A stretch of 64,000 nucleotides of DNA from Rickettsiales bacterium (GTDB taxonomy: Bacteria > Pseudomonadota > Alphaproteobacteria > Rickettsiales > UBA998). This document shows positions 26,961 through 36,942 of this stretch, one piece after another; position 1 is the first letter of the stretch, and every line of letters begins with the position of its first letter. The DNA is taken from NCBI GenBank assembly GCA_036770365.1, contig DAIPJH010000002.1, forward strand, positions 33,014 through 97,013. The letters are read 5' to 3'. A program made the translations under genes and the position numbers. The notes below the pieces were generated by a model that worked only from the letters and a program-made list of their open reading frames with translations, ran no database searches and had not been told where the DNA came from.

Positions 26961-27905
26961 TCACGCACCTCCCAAAGAACAAAAGGAAATATCACACGAA
27001 CACGACGAACACGGCACAGGTGCTGGTGGTGGCGACGGAGGTGACGGCGGTGATGGTGGTGATGGGGCAGGCGGCGTCGGCACAGGCCATGGCCCTGGTG
27101 GTGGAGATGGCGGGCTTGGTGGAGATGGAGGAGGTGGTGGAGGCGCGCAAATAGCATCACCCGCATACTCAAATCCCTTCGCAACCAAAGATAAATCACA
27201 TGTTACGCCATATTCACATAAATAATAATCATAATATTCAAGCACGCGCAAATCCACGGCATTCCCTGAACTCGTACAGTATGTACCACAGCAGCCTGAC
27301 GGCTTCCTCGGCGTCTGCTCAATACCTGCTCGCGGCGCACGCGCAGCATCCCAACGATAACGCATCAGTGACTTTGAATAAATTTGTTTGCCATTTAAAC
27401 TTTGAATACCCTCACTCAAGAAACCTACATTACTAAGTATGTTTTTATGCGTGTAATAAAGTTCTAACCCAATTAAAAAATCACCATCTTGCGCTGTAAT
27501 CGTTCCAATATCAGCATTGCCGCCTTCTGCACCTATTTTACTCGCACCACCCACAACACCTTGTGTTTTTTGCCAAGAAACTTTAGGATTAGCATCATCA
27601 GCAGTCTTTGTAATACCTGTCACAATGAATTTTACATCCGCGGTCGCATACGATCCAAGCAATGCATTAAGTGTCGACGTCAAATTCGCATAGGTTATGT
27701 TTTGGGGATCTGGTGTTTGACTGACATAATCAGCGAGCGCATGCGCTGCGTTTTCTACTTTTTGATTCACCAGTACAAAGCGCGTCATTTCGACTGCGCC
27801 CACCACCATTAACAGTAATATAGGTAACATAAGCGCAAATTCTATCAAGGCAACACCGCGATCATCGCGCAAAGACTTCAACCAGAATTTCATACCCGTT
27901 TCCAT
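26961..27905 (-). CDS. TadE-like pseudopilin with Cys-rich, extensin-like Pro-rich C-terminal tail
   Basis: The N-terminal RGVALIEFALMLPILLLMVVGAVEMTR is a TadE-type motif. The C-terminus reads PPPPPPSPPSPPSPPPGPWPVPTPPAPSPPSPPSPPSPPPAPVPCSSCSCDISFC. Confidence 0.65.
   Translation of the reverse strand: METGMKFWLKSLRDDRGVALIEFALMLPILLLMVVGAVEMTRFVLVNQKVENAAHALADYVSQTPDPQNITYANLTSTLNALLGSYATADVKFIVTGITKTADDANPKVSWQKTQGVVGGASKIGAEGGNADIGTITAQDGDFLIGLELYYTHKNILSNVGFLSEGIQSLNGKQIYSKSLMRYRWDAARAPRAGIEQTPRKPSGCCGTYCTSSGNAVDLRVLEYYDYYLCEYGVTCDLSLVAKGFEYAGDAICAPPPPPPSPPSPPSPPPGPWPVPTPPAPSPPSPPSPPSPPPAPVPCSSCSCDISFCSLGGA
27012..27143. repeat. 9-nt-periodic low-complexity coding repeat (SPP units) within the TadE-like gene
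   Basis: On the plus strand, GGTGGCGAC GGAGGTGAC GGCGGTGAT GGTGGTGAT lies at 27028-27063. A second block, GGTGGAGAT GGCGGGCTT GGTGGAGAT GGAGGAGGT, lies at 27100-27135. Confidence 0.7.
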
Positions 27906-27907
27906 TT

Positions 27908-28462
27908 TTAAAACTTCTCATTTTTCACTAACGCTGTAGACCGAATAGGATAAATGGCATCTTTAAAAAATGATGCCACCAAAGGCGTCATAATCTTCCA
28001 GTCACAATCCACATGATATAATACCGTTTCATTGCCCGCACCATAATCAGGGTCTGACCCTTTTCCTGTCGGAGTAACACCCTCAAAATTAGCAAAATTC
28101 TCAGTTGTTATTTTGATATCATCAGACTTGATCAATCCCATCGACAATCTATCAATCGTTGATCTTATATACTCATCACGCGTCATTGTCGTGTCATAAT
28201 TATTACCTGTAATCCCATAGCGTGATGCTGAAGCAGTGGCATTTTCAACTACCCCCGTGGCATACATCACCAGTGAAAACTCAATGATGGCGAATATCAT
28301 TAAAAAAAGAATCGGCGCGATCAAAGCAAATTCGATAATTGTCGCACCGTTTTGATCACGTTGCCACGACTTCTTTATCTGACTATCAGACCTATACTCA
28401 ACCAACTTACGCACATCACTTCCTCTAATTAAAACACTTTTCAAAAAATACACAAATCTCAT
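27908..28462 (-). CDS. TadE-like pseudopilin/pilus assembly protein
   Basis: QNGATIIEFALIAPILFLMIFAIIEFSLVMY is the TadE N-terminal motif. 184 aa. Confidence 0.7.
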   Translation of the reverse strand: MRFVYFLKSVLIRGSDVRKLVEYRSDSQIKKSWQRDQNGATIIEFALIAPILFLMIFAIIEFSLVMYATGVVENATASASRYGITGNNYDTTMTRDEYIRSTIDRLSMGLIKSDDIKITTENFANFEGVTPTGKGSDPDYGAGNETVLYHVDCDWKIMTPLVASFFKDAIYPIRSTALVKNEKF

Positions 28463-28503
28463 CGTATTTACTAATATTTTATTTTAAAAGTATTAAAATA
28501 ATA

Positions 28504-29826
28504 TTAAATTTTTGGCAAATGCAATACCTTCATCAAAGCGGCATGCGCTGTTAAAGCTTCTTCTGCAAACGCAGCGTCGCACAAATCTTCTACACTCAGC
28601 GTATCGCGGTAATGCTGATACACCACATCCCTCACCTGCGCATCGAGTACTTCTGTCCACTTCAAAGCCTGCACGTTCACAGGGAAAGCCTTATCCTCTC
28701 CAACCACACGCAAACGCAAGCATGCTGGCCCGCCACCATTTTTCATACTCTCACGCACATCTGGAAAATGTAACTGCGTAATGGGGTTACTAGTATCCAC
28801 CACCAAAGCCGACAGCACCGAAAATGCAGCGTGATTTTGTTCGCATTCCTTCGGTGCAATGATCGCCATCCCCTGATTGTTAGGCAATGAAAGAAACTGG
28901 CTATTGAAAAAATAGCTACTGACCGCATCACGAAGCGATAGATCTTTTTCTTTAATTTCAATGGCAACCAGCTCTGTTGGTGCGAGCGCATGACGCAGTC
29001 GCGCTAAGAACGCTTCCGTCTCGACATAAGCTTTCTCATGGTAAATAAGAATATTTTGATTACTCATCGCAATCACATCATTATGAAACACTCCCGCATC
29101 AATCGCATCGGGATGCTGCTGCACATAGACCGCTCTTCCTGCATGTACACCATGCAAACGCGCCAATCCCTCACACGCTTCCCTTGTTTGTCGGGAGGGA
29201 TAGTGCTTTGGCAATGCCTCTGCTGACATATCTGATGCGCGCCCATACACAAACACATGCACCCCAACATCACTATGCTGCGCGCATAACCTCATATGAT
29301 TCGCTGCACCTTCATCTGCCATCACCCATGAAGCAGGTAAAGGCGGGTGAATTTGTGCCGCATCACCCCAAAGTGCGCGCAACAACTGATAGTTCCACGC
29401 AGCTTCTTGCGGACGGTGCAAAGTACTCAGTAAATTAGCAGGAGTGAATTGCGGCCTTCCCGAAGCACTGTCCCACGCAGGGACAAAGGTAGCCATATTC
29501 GCAGACCACATACTTGCCGCACTGTAAACAGCAGAAAGCATTTTGACATTTTGTTCTGAGACCGCCTGCAATTGTTCCTTCAACATTCCAACAAACCCCA
29601 ATTGCTCCAACATCGCAAGGTTAGGACGTGGTTGTGGTGGCAAGATATATTGTGGCACACCAAGGCTTGCCACGAGCTTCATTTTATCAAGTCCTTGTAA
29701 AGCTGCTTGCTTTGGACAAGAAACACTGTGAGCGTGAAGCTCAGAAGCAATATTTCCTTGACTCAGACCTGCATAATGATGGGTCGGCCCAATCACTGCG
29801 TCCCACTGCGTTTCAACCACGGTCAT
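28504..29826 (-). CDS. astB: N-succinylarginine dihydrolase
   Basis: VIGPTHHYAGLSQGNIAS ... AALQGLDKMK ... ILPPQPRP is the characteristic AstB N-terminus. 440 aa, in an ast gene context. Confidence 0.9.
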   Translation of the reverse strand: MTVVETQWDAVIGPTHHYAGLSQGNIASELHAHSVSCPKQAALQGLDKMKLVASLGVPQYILPPQPRPNLAMLEQLGFVGMLKEQLQAVSEQNVKMLSAVYSAASMWSANMATFVPAWDSASGRPQFTPANLLSTLHRPQEAAWNYQLLRALWGDAAQIHPPLPASWVMADEGAANHMRLCAQHSDVGVHVFVYGRASDMSAEALPKHYPSRQTREACEGLARLHGVHAGRAVYVQQHPDAIDAGVFHNDVIAMSNQNILIYHEKAYVETEAFLARLRHALAPTELVAIEIKEKDLSLRDAVSSYFFNSQFLSLPNNQGMAIIAPKECEQNHAAFSVLSALVVDTSNPITQLHFPDVRESMKNGGGPACLRLRVVGEDKAFPVNVQALKWTEVLDAQVRDVVYQHYRDTLSVEDLCDAAFAEEALTAHAALMKVLHLPKI

Positions 29827-31322
29827 GACACATTATCCAATCCCATCACTACCGCAGGGGCTACAACTTTCTCACTCATCAAGGATGCCATAGGGTATGC
29901 ACAATAATCTGCTGCATAATAAGCTGAGGGACGGAGATTGCCGCTATGTCCCACCCCTCCAAACGGCATAGCACTGCTTGCCCCCGTCGTTGGACGATTC
30001 CAATTCACTACGCCCGCACGTATCTCATGGCGAAACACATCCCAACGTGTTTTTCTATCAGACAACAACCCCGCAGCAAGGCCATAGGACGTCGCATTGG
30101 CTTCTACCAATGCATTATCCCAATTGGCAACACGACGTAACTGTAAGAAAGGTCCAAAAAACTCCTCATCTGGTATATGTTTTCTTTGTGAAACATCAAC
30201 AAATCCTGCACTTAGGAAAGGCAGACCCTCTTGTAGACGCTTCATAGGACTCAAGATCTTTGCCCCTGCAGCACAATACATTTCCTGAACACCAAGCAAA
30301 TGATCTACCGTACGATTATTGATGAGACATCCCATAAACGGCGCAGGCACTTCAAACGGCTCGCCAACCCGTATTGTTTCCATACGCGCAAGCAATGCCT
30401 CAACGACCGCATCCCCAGCCCGCCCTTGTTCAACGATTAATTTCCGCGCACAGGTGCAACGCTGCCCTGACGACATAAAGGCCGATTGTACGATCAAGGT
30501 CGCTACAGCTTGCACATCATCAACATCCCACACCACAAGCGGATTATTACCACCCATCTCCAAGGCAAGCATCACTTCGGGACGCCCAGCCAGCGCACGG
30601 TGTAAAACTTTCCCCGTGGCATAACTACCCGTAAATAAAACGCCCGCAATCTCCTGGCTTTCAAGCAACGCAGCACCAACCTCACGCCCACCCTGCACCA
30701 AATTGATAACCCCCTCAGGAATTCCTGCATCTTCCCAACACTGCATCATCCATTCGGCCACACACGGGGTTTCATCGCTCGGCTTAAACACTACCGTATT
30801 ACCTGCCAATAATGCGGGAACAATATGCCCATTGGGTAAATGCGCAGGAAAATTATACGGCCCAAGCACTACCATCACACCAAGCGCATGATGTGACAAC
30901 GACTGCGCTATATCTCCCGCAACGTATTTTACACCCGTGCGCTCATGATATGCCTGTACCGATATCGCGATCTTACCTAGCACCGCCGCCACTTCACCTT
31001 CACAGTCCCAAAGCGGCTTTCCCGTCTCTTTAGCAATCAGACGTGCAAGCGTTGCTTTGCCAGCCTCAATTCGCTCGCGGAATGTTTCGACGATCTTGAG
31101 CCGGTCATCAAAACTAACGCGTGACCATGACCCAAATGCCTGATATGCGGCCTTTATCGCCTTCTCAACATCTTCGGACGACGCACCATTACCTTCCCAC
31201 AAAGTCTCTCCCGTAGCAGGATTCAGCGATATCAACAAATCACCATTGCCCAAATGCCACTTACCACCATACCATAATGCACGCGCTTCCGACATTTTTT
31301 CCTCCGCCCCTGAGCTACTCAT
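29823..31322 (-). CDS. astD: succinylglutamate-semialdehyde dehydrogenase
   Basis: Aldehyde dehydrogenase family (FTGSYATGK, LEMGGNNP, GQRCTCARK catalytic Cys). It has 4-nt overlaps with both astA and astB. Confidence 0.85.
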   Translation of the reverse strand: MSSSGAEEKMSEARALWYGGKWHLGNGDLLISLNPATGETLWEGNGASSEDVEKAIKAAYQAFGSWSRVSFDDRLKIVETFRERIEAGKATLARLIAKETGKPLWDCEGEVAAVLGKIAISVQAYHERTGVKYVAGDIAQSLSHHALGVMVVLGPYNFPAHLPNGHIVPALLAGNTVVFKPSDETPCVAEWMMQCWEDAGIPEGVINLVQGGREVGAALLESQEIAGVLFTGSYATGKVLHRALAGRPEVMLALEMGGNNPLVVWDVDDVQAVATLIVQSAFMSSGQRCTCARKLIVEQGRAGDAVVEALLARMETIRVGEPFEVPAPFMGCLINNRTVDHLLGVQEMYCAAGAKILSPMKRLQEGLPFLSAGFVDVSQRKHIPDEEFFGPFLQLRRVANWDNALVEANATSYGLAAGLLSDRKTRWDVFRHEIRAGVVNWNRPTTGASSAMPFGGVGHSGNLRPSAYYAADYCAYPMASLMSEKVVAPAVVMGLDNVS

Positions 31323-32362
31323 GCGCGAACATACCGCAACATAGACCCTACTTCAACGCCCAAACGTTTTGCCGCTGCGGGTGAGATGACAATCACATCA
31401 TGATCTGATTTTTCTATCACGCCTTTTAACAACTCCATACGCCCCAAACGCGCACGAAACCCATCTAACTGTGTGGTAATAAAAATATAGTACGGACTCT
31501 CTTCTTCTATCACCAAATCTCGTACCGCACCCACAACCGCGAGGCGAGATTCCTTAACCGTGCGAATATCATCTCGACGCGCCTCTAATGTCGGTCCACC
31601 ATCAAAAATATCCAAGTAATTATTATAGCGCATACCTTCACGCTCTAGCATCGCTTTCGCAGCTTCGCTTGACGGGAAGGGCTGCCCAATCACGGCACGT
31701 GCTTGCTCCGAAAGCAAACTCACATAAATAGGATATTTCGGCAATAAATCCCCAATAAACTGATTACCTTTGGTCGCGTTCAAATAATCTGCCTTGGCAA
31801 AATCCATTTGGAAAAAGGGCTTCATTACAAAATCATAAAAAGGCGAATTACCTTGACGATCATTGACGCCACGAATTTCTGCAATCACCCGCTCATCGAA
31901 TAAATGCGGAAACTGTGCGATAAACACTAACCGCATCCGCGACAAAAACCGCCCCAACCTATCACGACGATACTCTGGCAGCAAATACAAAGAACTGAGT
32001 TCAGATGCGCCCGTATAATCATTCACCACGCTTAGTACTTCATGGCGGCTAAACACCCCCACCTGCTCAGACGCTTGTGTAATAGTTGACAGTTTATAAG
32101 AATAAAAAGGCTGTTTTAAACCAATATGCGCTTTAATCCCACACGTTCCTGCGACATCGCCTGAATCCGTATCAACCAACACAAACAAAAAAAGTGCGTC
32201 ACCTTCATGCTTGGATTTTCCTGCAAAGCTTAACACTGAACGCTCAATTTTATCTGCCAAGACTTCACCATCAGGCGGCAAAGAGGTCATTCCTATGCCA
32301 GCACGATGTGCCACCTTCAAAATAGCGTCAAAGTCTTCATGGACGACGGGGCGTATCAGCAT
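31319..32362 (-). CDS. astA: arginine N-succinyltransferase
   Basis: MLIRPVVHEDFDAILKVAHRAGIGMTSLPPD is a typical AstA N-terminus. 347 aa. Confidence 0.9.
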   Translation of the reverse strand: MLIRPVVHEDFDAILKVAHRAGIGMTSLPPDGEVLADKIERSVLSFAGKSKHEGDALFLFVLVDTDSGDVAGTCGIKAHIGLKQPFYSYKLSTITQASEQVGVFSRHEVLSVVNDYTGASELSSLYLLPEYRRDRLGRFLSRMRLVFIAQFPHLFDERVIAEIRGVNDRQGNSPFYDFVMKPFFQMDFAKADYLNATKGNQFIGDLLPKYPIYVSLLSEQARAVIGQPFPSSEAAKAMLEREGMRYNNYLDIFDGGPTLEARRDDIRTVKESRLAVVGAVRDLVIEEESPYYIFITTQLDGFRARLGRMELLKGVIEKSDHDVIVISPAAAKRLGVEVGSMLRYVRA

Positions 32363-32387
32363 GGCTTCTCCCTGATTGGGTTACGAC

Positions 32388-33611
32388 TTAACTATGCCAC
32401 AAAACATCGCCTTTTGCGAGTCGCATTAACAGCAAAGCAGAAAGCTGCGCACGTTCCACCAAGGAATCGACGAGCATATATTCCTTATCCGAATGGATAT
32501 TACCACCGCGCACACCGAGCGTATCAATATTAGGCAAGCCATAAAAGGCCAAATTATTACCGTCACAACACCCCCCGCTTGGCTGCCACGTAGCCTTCTG
32601 ACCAAGCATCTGCATCGACTCGCCAACAAAGGCTTGTAGTTTATGCGCAGCATCACCAAATATTTTAGGGGGGCGGGTAAACCCGCCATGAAGTTCTGCT
32701 GAAAAACCCTCTCGTGCGCTTGCAAACTGCGTGATTTCTTGCAAAGCGGTATTCACATGTGCCATATGCTCGCTCGCTGTGATACGTACATTGAAATGCA
32801 CTATCGCCAAATCTGGAACAACATTGACCGCACCACCGCCTTCAATTCGTCCAATGTTGAGCGTGAATCCATCCCATCTTCCATTGAGCGCGTACATTTT
32901 TTGAAGTAACTCTGATAACATCACGATCGCGTTGCGCCCATTATCAAACTCTCTACCTGCATGAGCAGCACGACCTCGCACCACCAGCGTGAAATTACCA
33001 CTTCCTTTACGTTCAGAAACAAGTGACCCATCAGGCAGTGACGGTTCATAAATCAAACCAAGATGATTACGTTTTGCGGCAACTTCCAGCAACCCACATG
33101 AACCCACCGAACCAATTTCTTCATCAGGATTTATCAGCACTTCCCAACCAATATTTTCAGCCCACTCAGATCGCTCTAATGCCTCAAGCGCTTTAAGCAT
33201 GACCACTAAACCACCCTTCAAATCTGCTGCACCGGGTGCATTGAGTGTGTTCTCATCCAAAAAGCATGCATCTTGAAACGGGCTATCCACCCCAAATACC
33301 GTGTCCATATGCCCACCAAGAAACACTTGCAATTTCGCTTGTGGACGTTTTCGGATACGCAACGCTTTGCCCAGCGGTTTTTGAATAACACTACCATCTT
33401 TATCCACCGCCTGAAGCGGCGGTAGATCAAGTACCTCTGCCTCACCGTGCAGCCATAAGAAATTATCCTCTAAAGCATGGCACATCCGCGCCAAACCATC
33501 TAGATTATAACTACCCGAATTAATCCGCGTCCAATCATAGACAAGCTGCGTCATATGCGCTTTTTGCGACATGATAAAGTCAAGGTGAGGTTGATATTCA
33601 TTGAGATTCAT
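32388..33611 (-). CDS. M20-family metallohydrolase (ArgE/DapE/CPG2-like) embedded in the ast operon
   Basis: FLGGHMDTVF (His/Asp), GAADLKGG (Asp), NPDEEIGS (Glu-Glu) and the C-terminal GGNIHSDKE are M20 metal and catalytic motifs. Confidence 0.8.
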   Translation of the reverse strand: MNLNEYQPHLDFIMSQKAHMTQLVYDWTRINSGSYNLDGLARMCHALEDNFLWLHGEAEVLDLPPLQAVDKDGSVIQKPLGKALRIRKRPQAKLQVFLGGHMDTVFGVDSPFQDACFLDENTLNAPGAADLKGGLVVMLKALEALERSEWAENIGWEVLINPDEEIGSVGSCGLLEVAAKRNHLGLIYEPSLPDGSLVSERKGSGNFTLVVRGRAAHAGREFDNGRNAIVMLSELLQKMYALNGRWDGFTLNIGRIEGGGAVNVVPDLAIVHFNVRITASEHMAHVNTALQEITQFASAREGFSAELHGGFTRPPKIFGDAAHKLQAFVGESMQMLGQKATWQPSGGCCDGNNLAFYGLPNIDTLGVRGGNIHSDKEYMLVDSLVERAQLSALLLMRLAKGDVLWHS

Positions 33612-33630
33612 ACATCACCTTTTCTGGTTA

Positions 33631-34890
33631 CTACACCAAAGACTTCAACGCCAAACGCAAACGCGCCAAGCCTTCATCGACCGACACGTCATCAATATTT
33701 AGCGGCGGCAGAAAGCGCAATACATTCGGCCCCGCGATCAGCACTAACACACCGTAACTACGTGCTACTTCCGCCACATCACCTGCTTTACCGTGCCACT
33801 GCGGCACTAGCTCTGCCCCAATCATCAAGCCACGTCCACGAACCTCAGAAAACAACTTCGTTTCCTCGCGTAATACCTCCAGCCCTTCAAAAAAACGACT
33901 GGATTGCTTCTGCACATGCGCCATCATTTCTGGTGTATTGATTTTAGTAAATGCGGCAAGCGCAACCGCACACATTAGCGGATTGCCGCCAAAGGTCGAA
34001 CCATGCGAGCCAAATTGGAAGGTCTCCACCAATTTTTCACCAACCAGCATCGCGCCAATCGGCACACCACAGCCCAAAGCTTTTGCAATCGTCACCACAT
34101 CAGGTTCAACACCCACATCATGCATAAACCCAAATAATTTACCCGTACGCCCCATCCCGCACTGAACTTCATCAAAGAGAAGTAATAAACCATGTTCATC
34201 ACACAGCTTGCGCAATCCTAATAGAAAGCCTTCCTTCGCGGGGACGATACCACCCTCACCTTGAATCGGCTCAATCATGATAGCGAGCGTTTTGTCGGTA
34301 ATCAGCGGTTTTACAGCCTCTAAATCATTGAACTTGTCACAATAAACAAATCCCGCGGGCAGCGGCGCAAAAGGCTCTTGATATTTCGGCTGTGCAGTAG
34401 CGGTCATTGCAGCATAGGTACGCCCATGAAATGAGCCTGCAAAGGTAATGATTTCACGTGCATCCGCAGGACGACCGCTGTCATGCGCATATTTGCGCAC
34501 TAACTTAATCGCTGCCTCAGACGCTTCTGTTCCCGAATTTGAAAAATAAACTCGTTTCGCAAACGGAATAGCATCTATTAATGCCTCAGCTAGACGAATA
34601 GAAGGTTCGGTGAAGAACACATTTGAGGTGTGCCAAATCTTGCGCGATTGCTTATCGAGTGCCGCTAATAAATCGGGGTCTTGATGCCCCAATGAATTCA
34701 CTGCAATCCCAGTGGAAAAATCAATATAGTCATTCCCATCCAAGTCCCATACACGCGCCCCCTCACCGCGATCAATGATCATTTCACGTGGTTTGTAATT
34801 TTTAAGAAATAAATCCTGACCTTTTTTGACTAATTCGCACGATTTTGGATTGCTCGGTGTGTAATAAGGTGTCTGCATTGGTTTTTCCAT
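33631..34890 (-). CDS. argD: acetylornithine/succinylornithine aminotransferase (class III PLP)
   Basis: SNSGTEASEAAIKL, LLLFDEVQCGMGRTG and TIAKALG (PLP Lys) are present. It is the first gene of the ast cluster. Confidence 0.85.
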   Translation of the reverse strand: MEKPMQTPYYTPSNPKSCELVKKGQDLFLKNYKPREMIIDRGEGARVWDLDGNDYIDFSTGIAVNSLGHQDPDLLAALDKQSRKIWHTSNVFFTEPSIRLAEALIDAIPFAKRVYFSNSGTEASEAAIKLVRKYAHDSGRPADAREIITFAGSFHGRTYAAMTATAQPKYQEPFAPLPAGFVYCDKFNDLEAVKPLITDKTLAIMIEPIQGEGGIVPAKEGFLLGLRKLCDEHGLLLLFDEVQCGMGRTGKLFGFMHDVGVEPDVVTIAKALGCGVPIGAMLVGEKLVETFQFGSHGSTFGGNPLMCAVALAAFTKINTPEMMAHVQKQSSRFFEGLEVLREETKLFSEVRGRGLMIGAELVPQWHGKAGDVAEVARSYGVLVLIAGPNVLRFLPPLNIDDVSVDEGLARLRLALKSLV

Positions 34891-35062
34891 TGAGTAGAGT
34901 GATTTTTTCTTGCATTTGCGTACGTTCTCCCTGAAAACTAGAAAGAAGAGAATCTAGGTTTTTACGCTTAAAATTTTACAGTATCAAGCATCTTGCTATG
35001 TAGGCGTCTTTTAGTGTAAAAATAATGCTGTTAGAGTTACATTTTTAGAAAGAATTTGACGC

Positions 35063-36115
35063 ATGTCATGGACAGAAAACATCATGGATACCCCGCCTGA
35101 TGAGGTCTATGCCGCGCTAGATCTTGGCACGAATAATTGTCGCTTGCTGATTGCTTACCCACAATTTCGTCCCTCTCGCAGCGGACAAGCCTTGCGCTCA
35201 GTCGATAGTTTCTCGAGGATTGTTCGACTCGGAGAAGGACTCACCGCCTCTGGTTCTCTCTCAGAAGATGCAATGGTACGCACATTAGATGCGCTTAAGG
35301 CATGTAGACGTAAGCTCGATAAGCACCACGTTGCACGTGGACGTTACGTTGCCACCGAGGCCTGCCGCCAAGCTAGCAATGCCAAAGATTTTATGCTGCG
35401 TGTTTACGAAGAAACAGGGCTTGATGTTGAAATTATTTCTAACGAAGAGGAAGCGCGCCTTGCCCTGCTCGGCTGCTGTTCACTACTCAATCGTGGCACA
35501 CGCCATGCCCTTGCCTTTGATATTGGCGGTGGCAGCACCGAAATCATGTGGGTGGAAATTGAAGACGTCGCAGGAGGAATTTCACCTTTTCCCTTCCGTC
35601 CAATCATCCGTGATTGGGTATCTGTGCCTTACGGTGTGATGAATCTGTCTGAACGTTTTGGTGATGCAGGCTATGCTGAGCTGTATTTTGAAGATGTTGT
35701 CACCCGCGTGGAAAACGCCCTACGACCTTTTGACACACTCCATAAAATGTCAGACTTGGTCGGCGAAGAAAATATCCAACTGATTTCCACTTCAGGTACA
35801 GTAACAACACTTGCGGCAGTACATTTGGGATTACCACGCTATGACCGTAGCAAGGTAGATGGCTCGCGCCTACCCGTTAGCAGCATTCAAGATAGCGCGC
35901 ATCATCTGCTTAACATGCGTCCATCTGAGCGTTTTCATCATCCGTGCATCGGCGCAGATCGCAGTGATTATATTCTCGCAGGCTGCGCGATCTTTGAAGC
36001 AATTGCACGAATCTGGCCATTTTCGCATATCACGATCGCGGATCGCGGTGTACGTGAAGGCATCATCGCCTCACTCATGCTTGACCGTGATTCTGGACAA
36101 GGTCGGTTGTCATGA
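35063..36115 (+). CDS. Ppx/GppA-family phosphatase
   Basis: ALDLGTNNCRLLIA and AFDIGGGSTEI are actin-like ATPase fold motifs typical of Ppx/GppA. Confidence 0.85.
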   Translation: MSWTENIMDTPPDEVYAALDLGTNNCRLLIAYPQFRPSRSGQALRSVDSFSRIVRLGEGLTASGSLSEDAMVRTLDALKACRRKLDKHHVARGRYVATEACRQASNAKDFMLRVYEETGLDVEIISNEEEARLALLGCCSLLNRGTRHALAFDIGGGSTEIMWVEIEDVAGGISPFPFRPIIRDWVSVPYGVMNLSERFGDAGYAELYFEDVVTRVENALRPFDTLHKMSDLVGEENIQLISTSGTVTTLAAVHLGLPRYDRSKVDGSRLPVSSIQDSAHHLLNMRPSERFHHPCIGADRSDYILAGCAIFEAIARIWPFSHITIADRGVREGIIASLMLDRDSGQGRLS

Positions 36116-36831
36116 GTACAAAAAAACATTCTGGCGGCGGCTCCACAGGTGGACAACGCGAACTCACAGTGCGCGTACGCAATGCGCGTGAGCGCAGTAA
36201 TTCCTCCGCACGCTGGCTTGACCGCCAACTCAACGACCCTTACGTTGCACAAGCACGCCGCGATGGTTATCGCTGCCGCGCCGTCTATAAAATCATCGAA
36301 CTCGATGAAAAATTCCATTTCTTCGACAAAGCAAAATTTGTACTCGATTTAGGTGCAGCACCAGGGGGATGGACACAAATCGCGGTAGATCGCCTGAAAT
36401 CCATGCCTGACAACCCGAAGGTCGTGGCAGTCGATATTTTAGAAATGTCACCCCTCGCAGGTGCGGTTGTATTGCAGCTCGATTTTAATGATGACGATGC
36501 GCCAGCACGTATTGAAGAAGTGATGGGCGGTAAAAAAGCAGATGTAGTGATGTCGGATATGGCACCCAACACGATGGGTCACGCCGCGACCGACCATTTG
36601 CGCATTCTCGCATTGTGCGAACTCGCCTATGATTTCGCGCTTAAAGTCCTTGCAGAAGGTGGCACGTTCATCTGCAAAGTCCGTCAAGGCGGCACCGAAG
36701 GTGACCTACTCAAAGACATGAAGCTACGCTTCGCCAAAGTATCCCACGCCAAACCTGCCTCCAGCCGCAAAGAATCTTCAGAAAATTATGTAGTTTGCAC
36801 GGGGTTCAAGGGTTCTGATACTTCAAACTAA
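36112..36831 (+). CDS. rlmE: 23S rRNA (uridine2552-2'-O)-methyltransferase RlmE/FtsJ
   Basis: SSARWLDRQLNDPYV, YRCRAVYKIIELDEKF, VLDLGAAPGGW and VMSDMAPN are present. Confidence 0.9.
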   Translation: MSTKKHSGGGSTGGQRELTVRVRNARERSNSSARWLDRQLNDPYVAQARRDGYRCRAVYKIIELDEKFHFFDKAKFVLDLGAAPGGWTQIAVDRLKSMPDNPKVVAVDILEMSPLAGAVVLQLDFNDDDAPARIEEVMGGKKADVVMSDMAPNTMGHAATDHLRILALCELAYDFALKVLAEGGTFICKVRQGGTEGDLLKDMKLRFAKVSHAKPASSRKESSENYVVCTGFKGSDTSN

Positions 36832-36942
36832 TATCCCTCTTCCGCATCTCACGCACTTACCTTACCTCATTCATATGCCACAGAATGAGGAAAACATACC
36901 CATGAACAAATAAAATTTCATATTTTACTCATAGTAAACAGA

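Noticed and set aside
26908-27225. 105-aa plus-strand ORF rich in GGDGG repeats
   Set aside because: It is the mirror image of the Pro/Ser-rich tail of the TadE-like gene on the minus strand, so it is an antisense artefact.
36865-36890. 8-bp hairpin (CCTCATTC ... GAATGAGG) between the convergent rlmE and asmA genes
   Set aside because: There is no U-tract on either strand, so I do not call it an intrinsic terminator.
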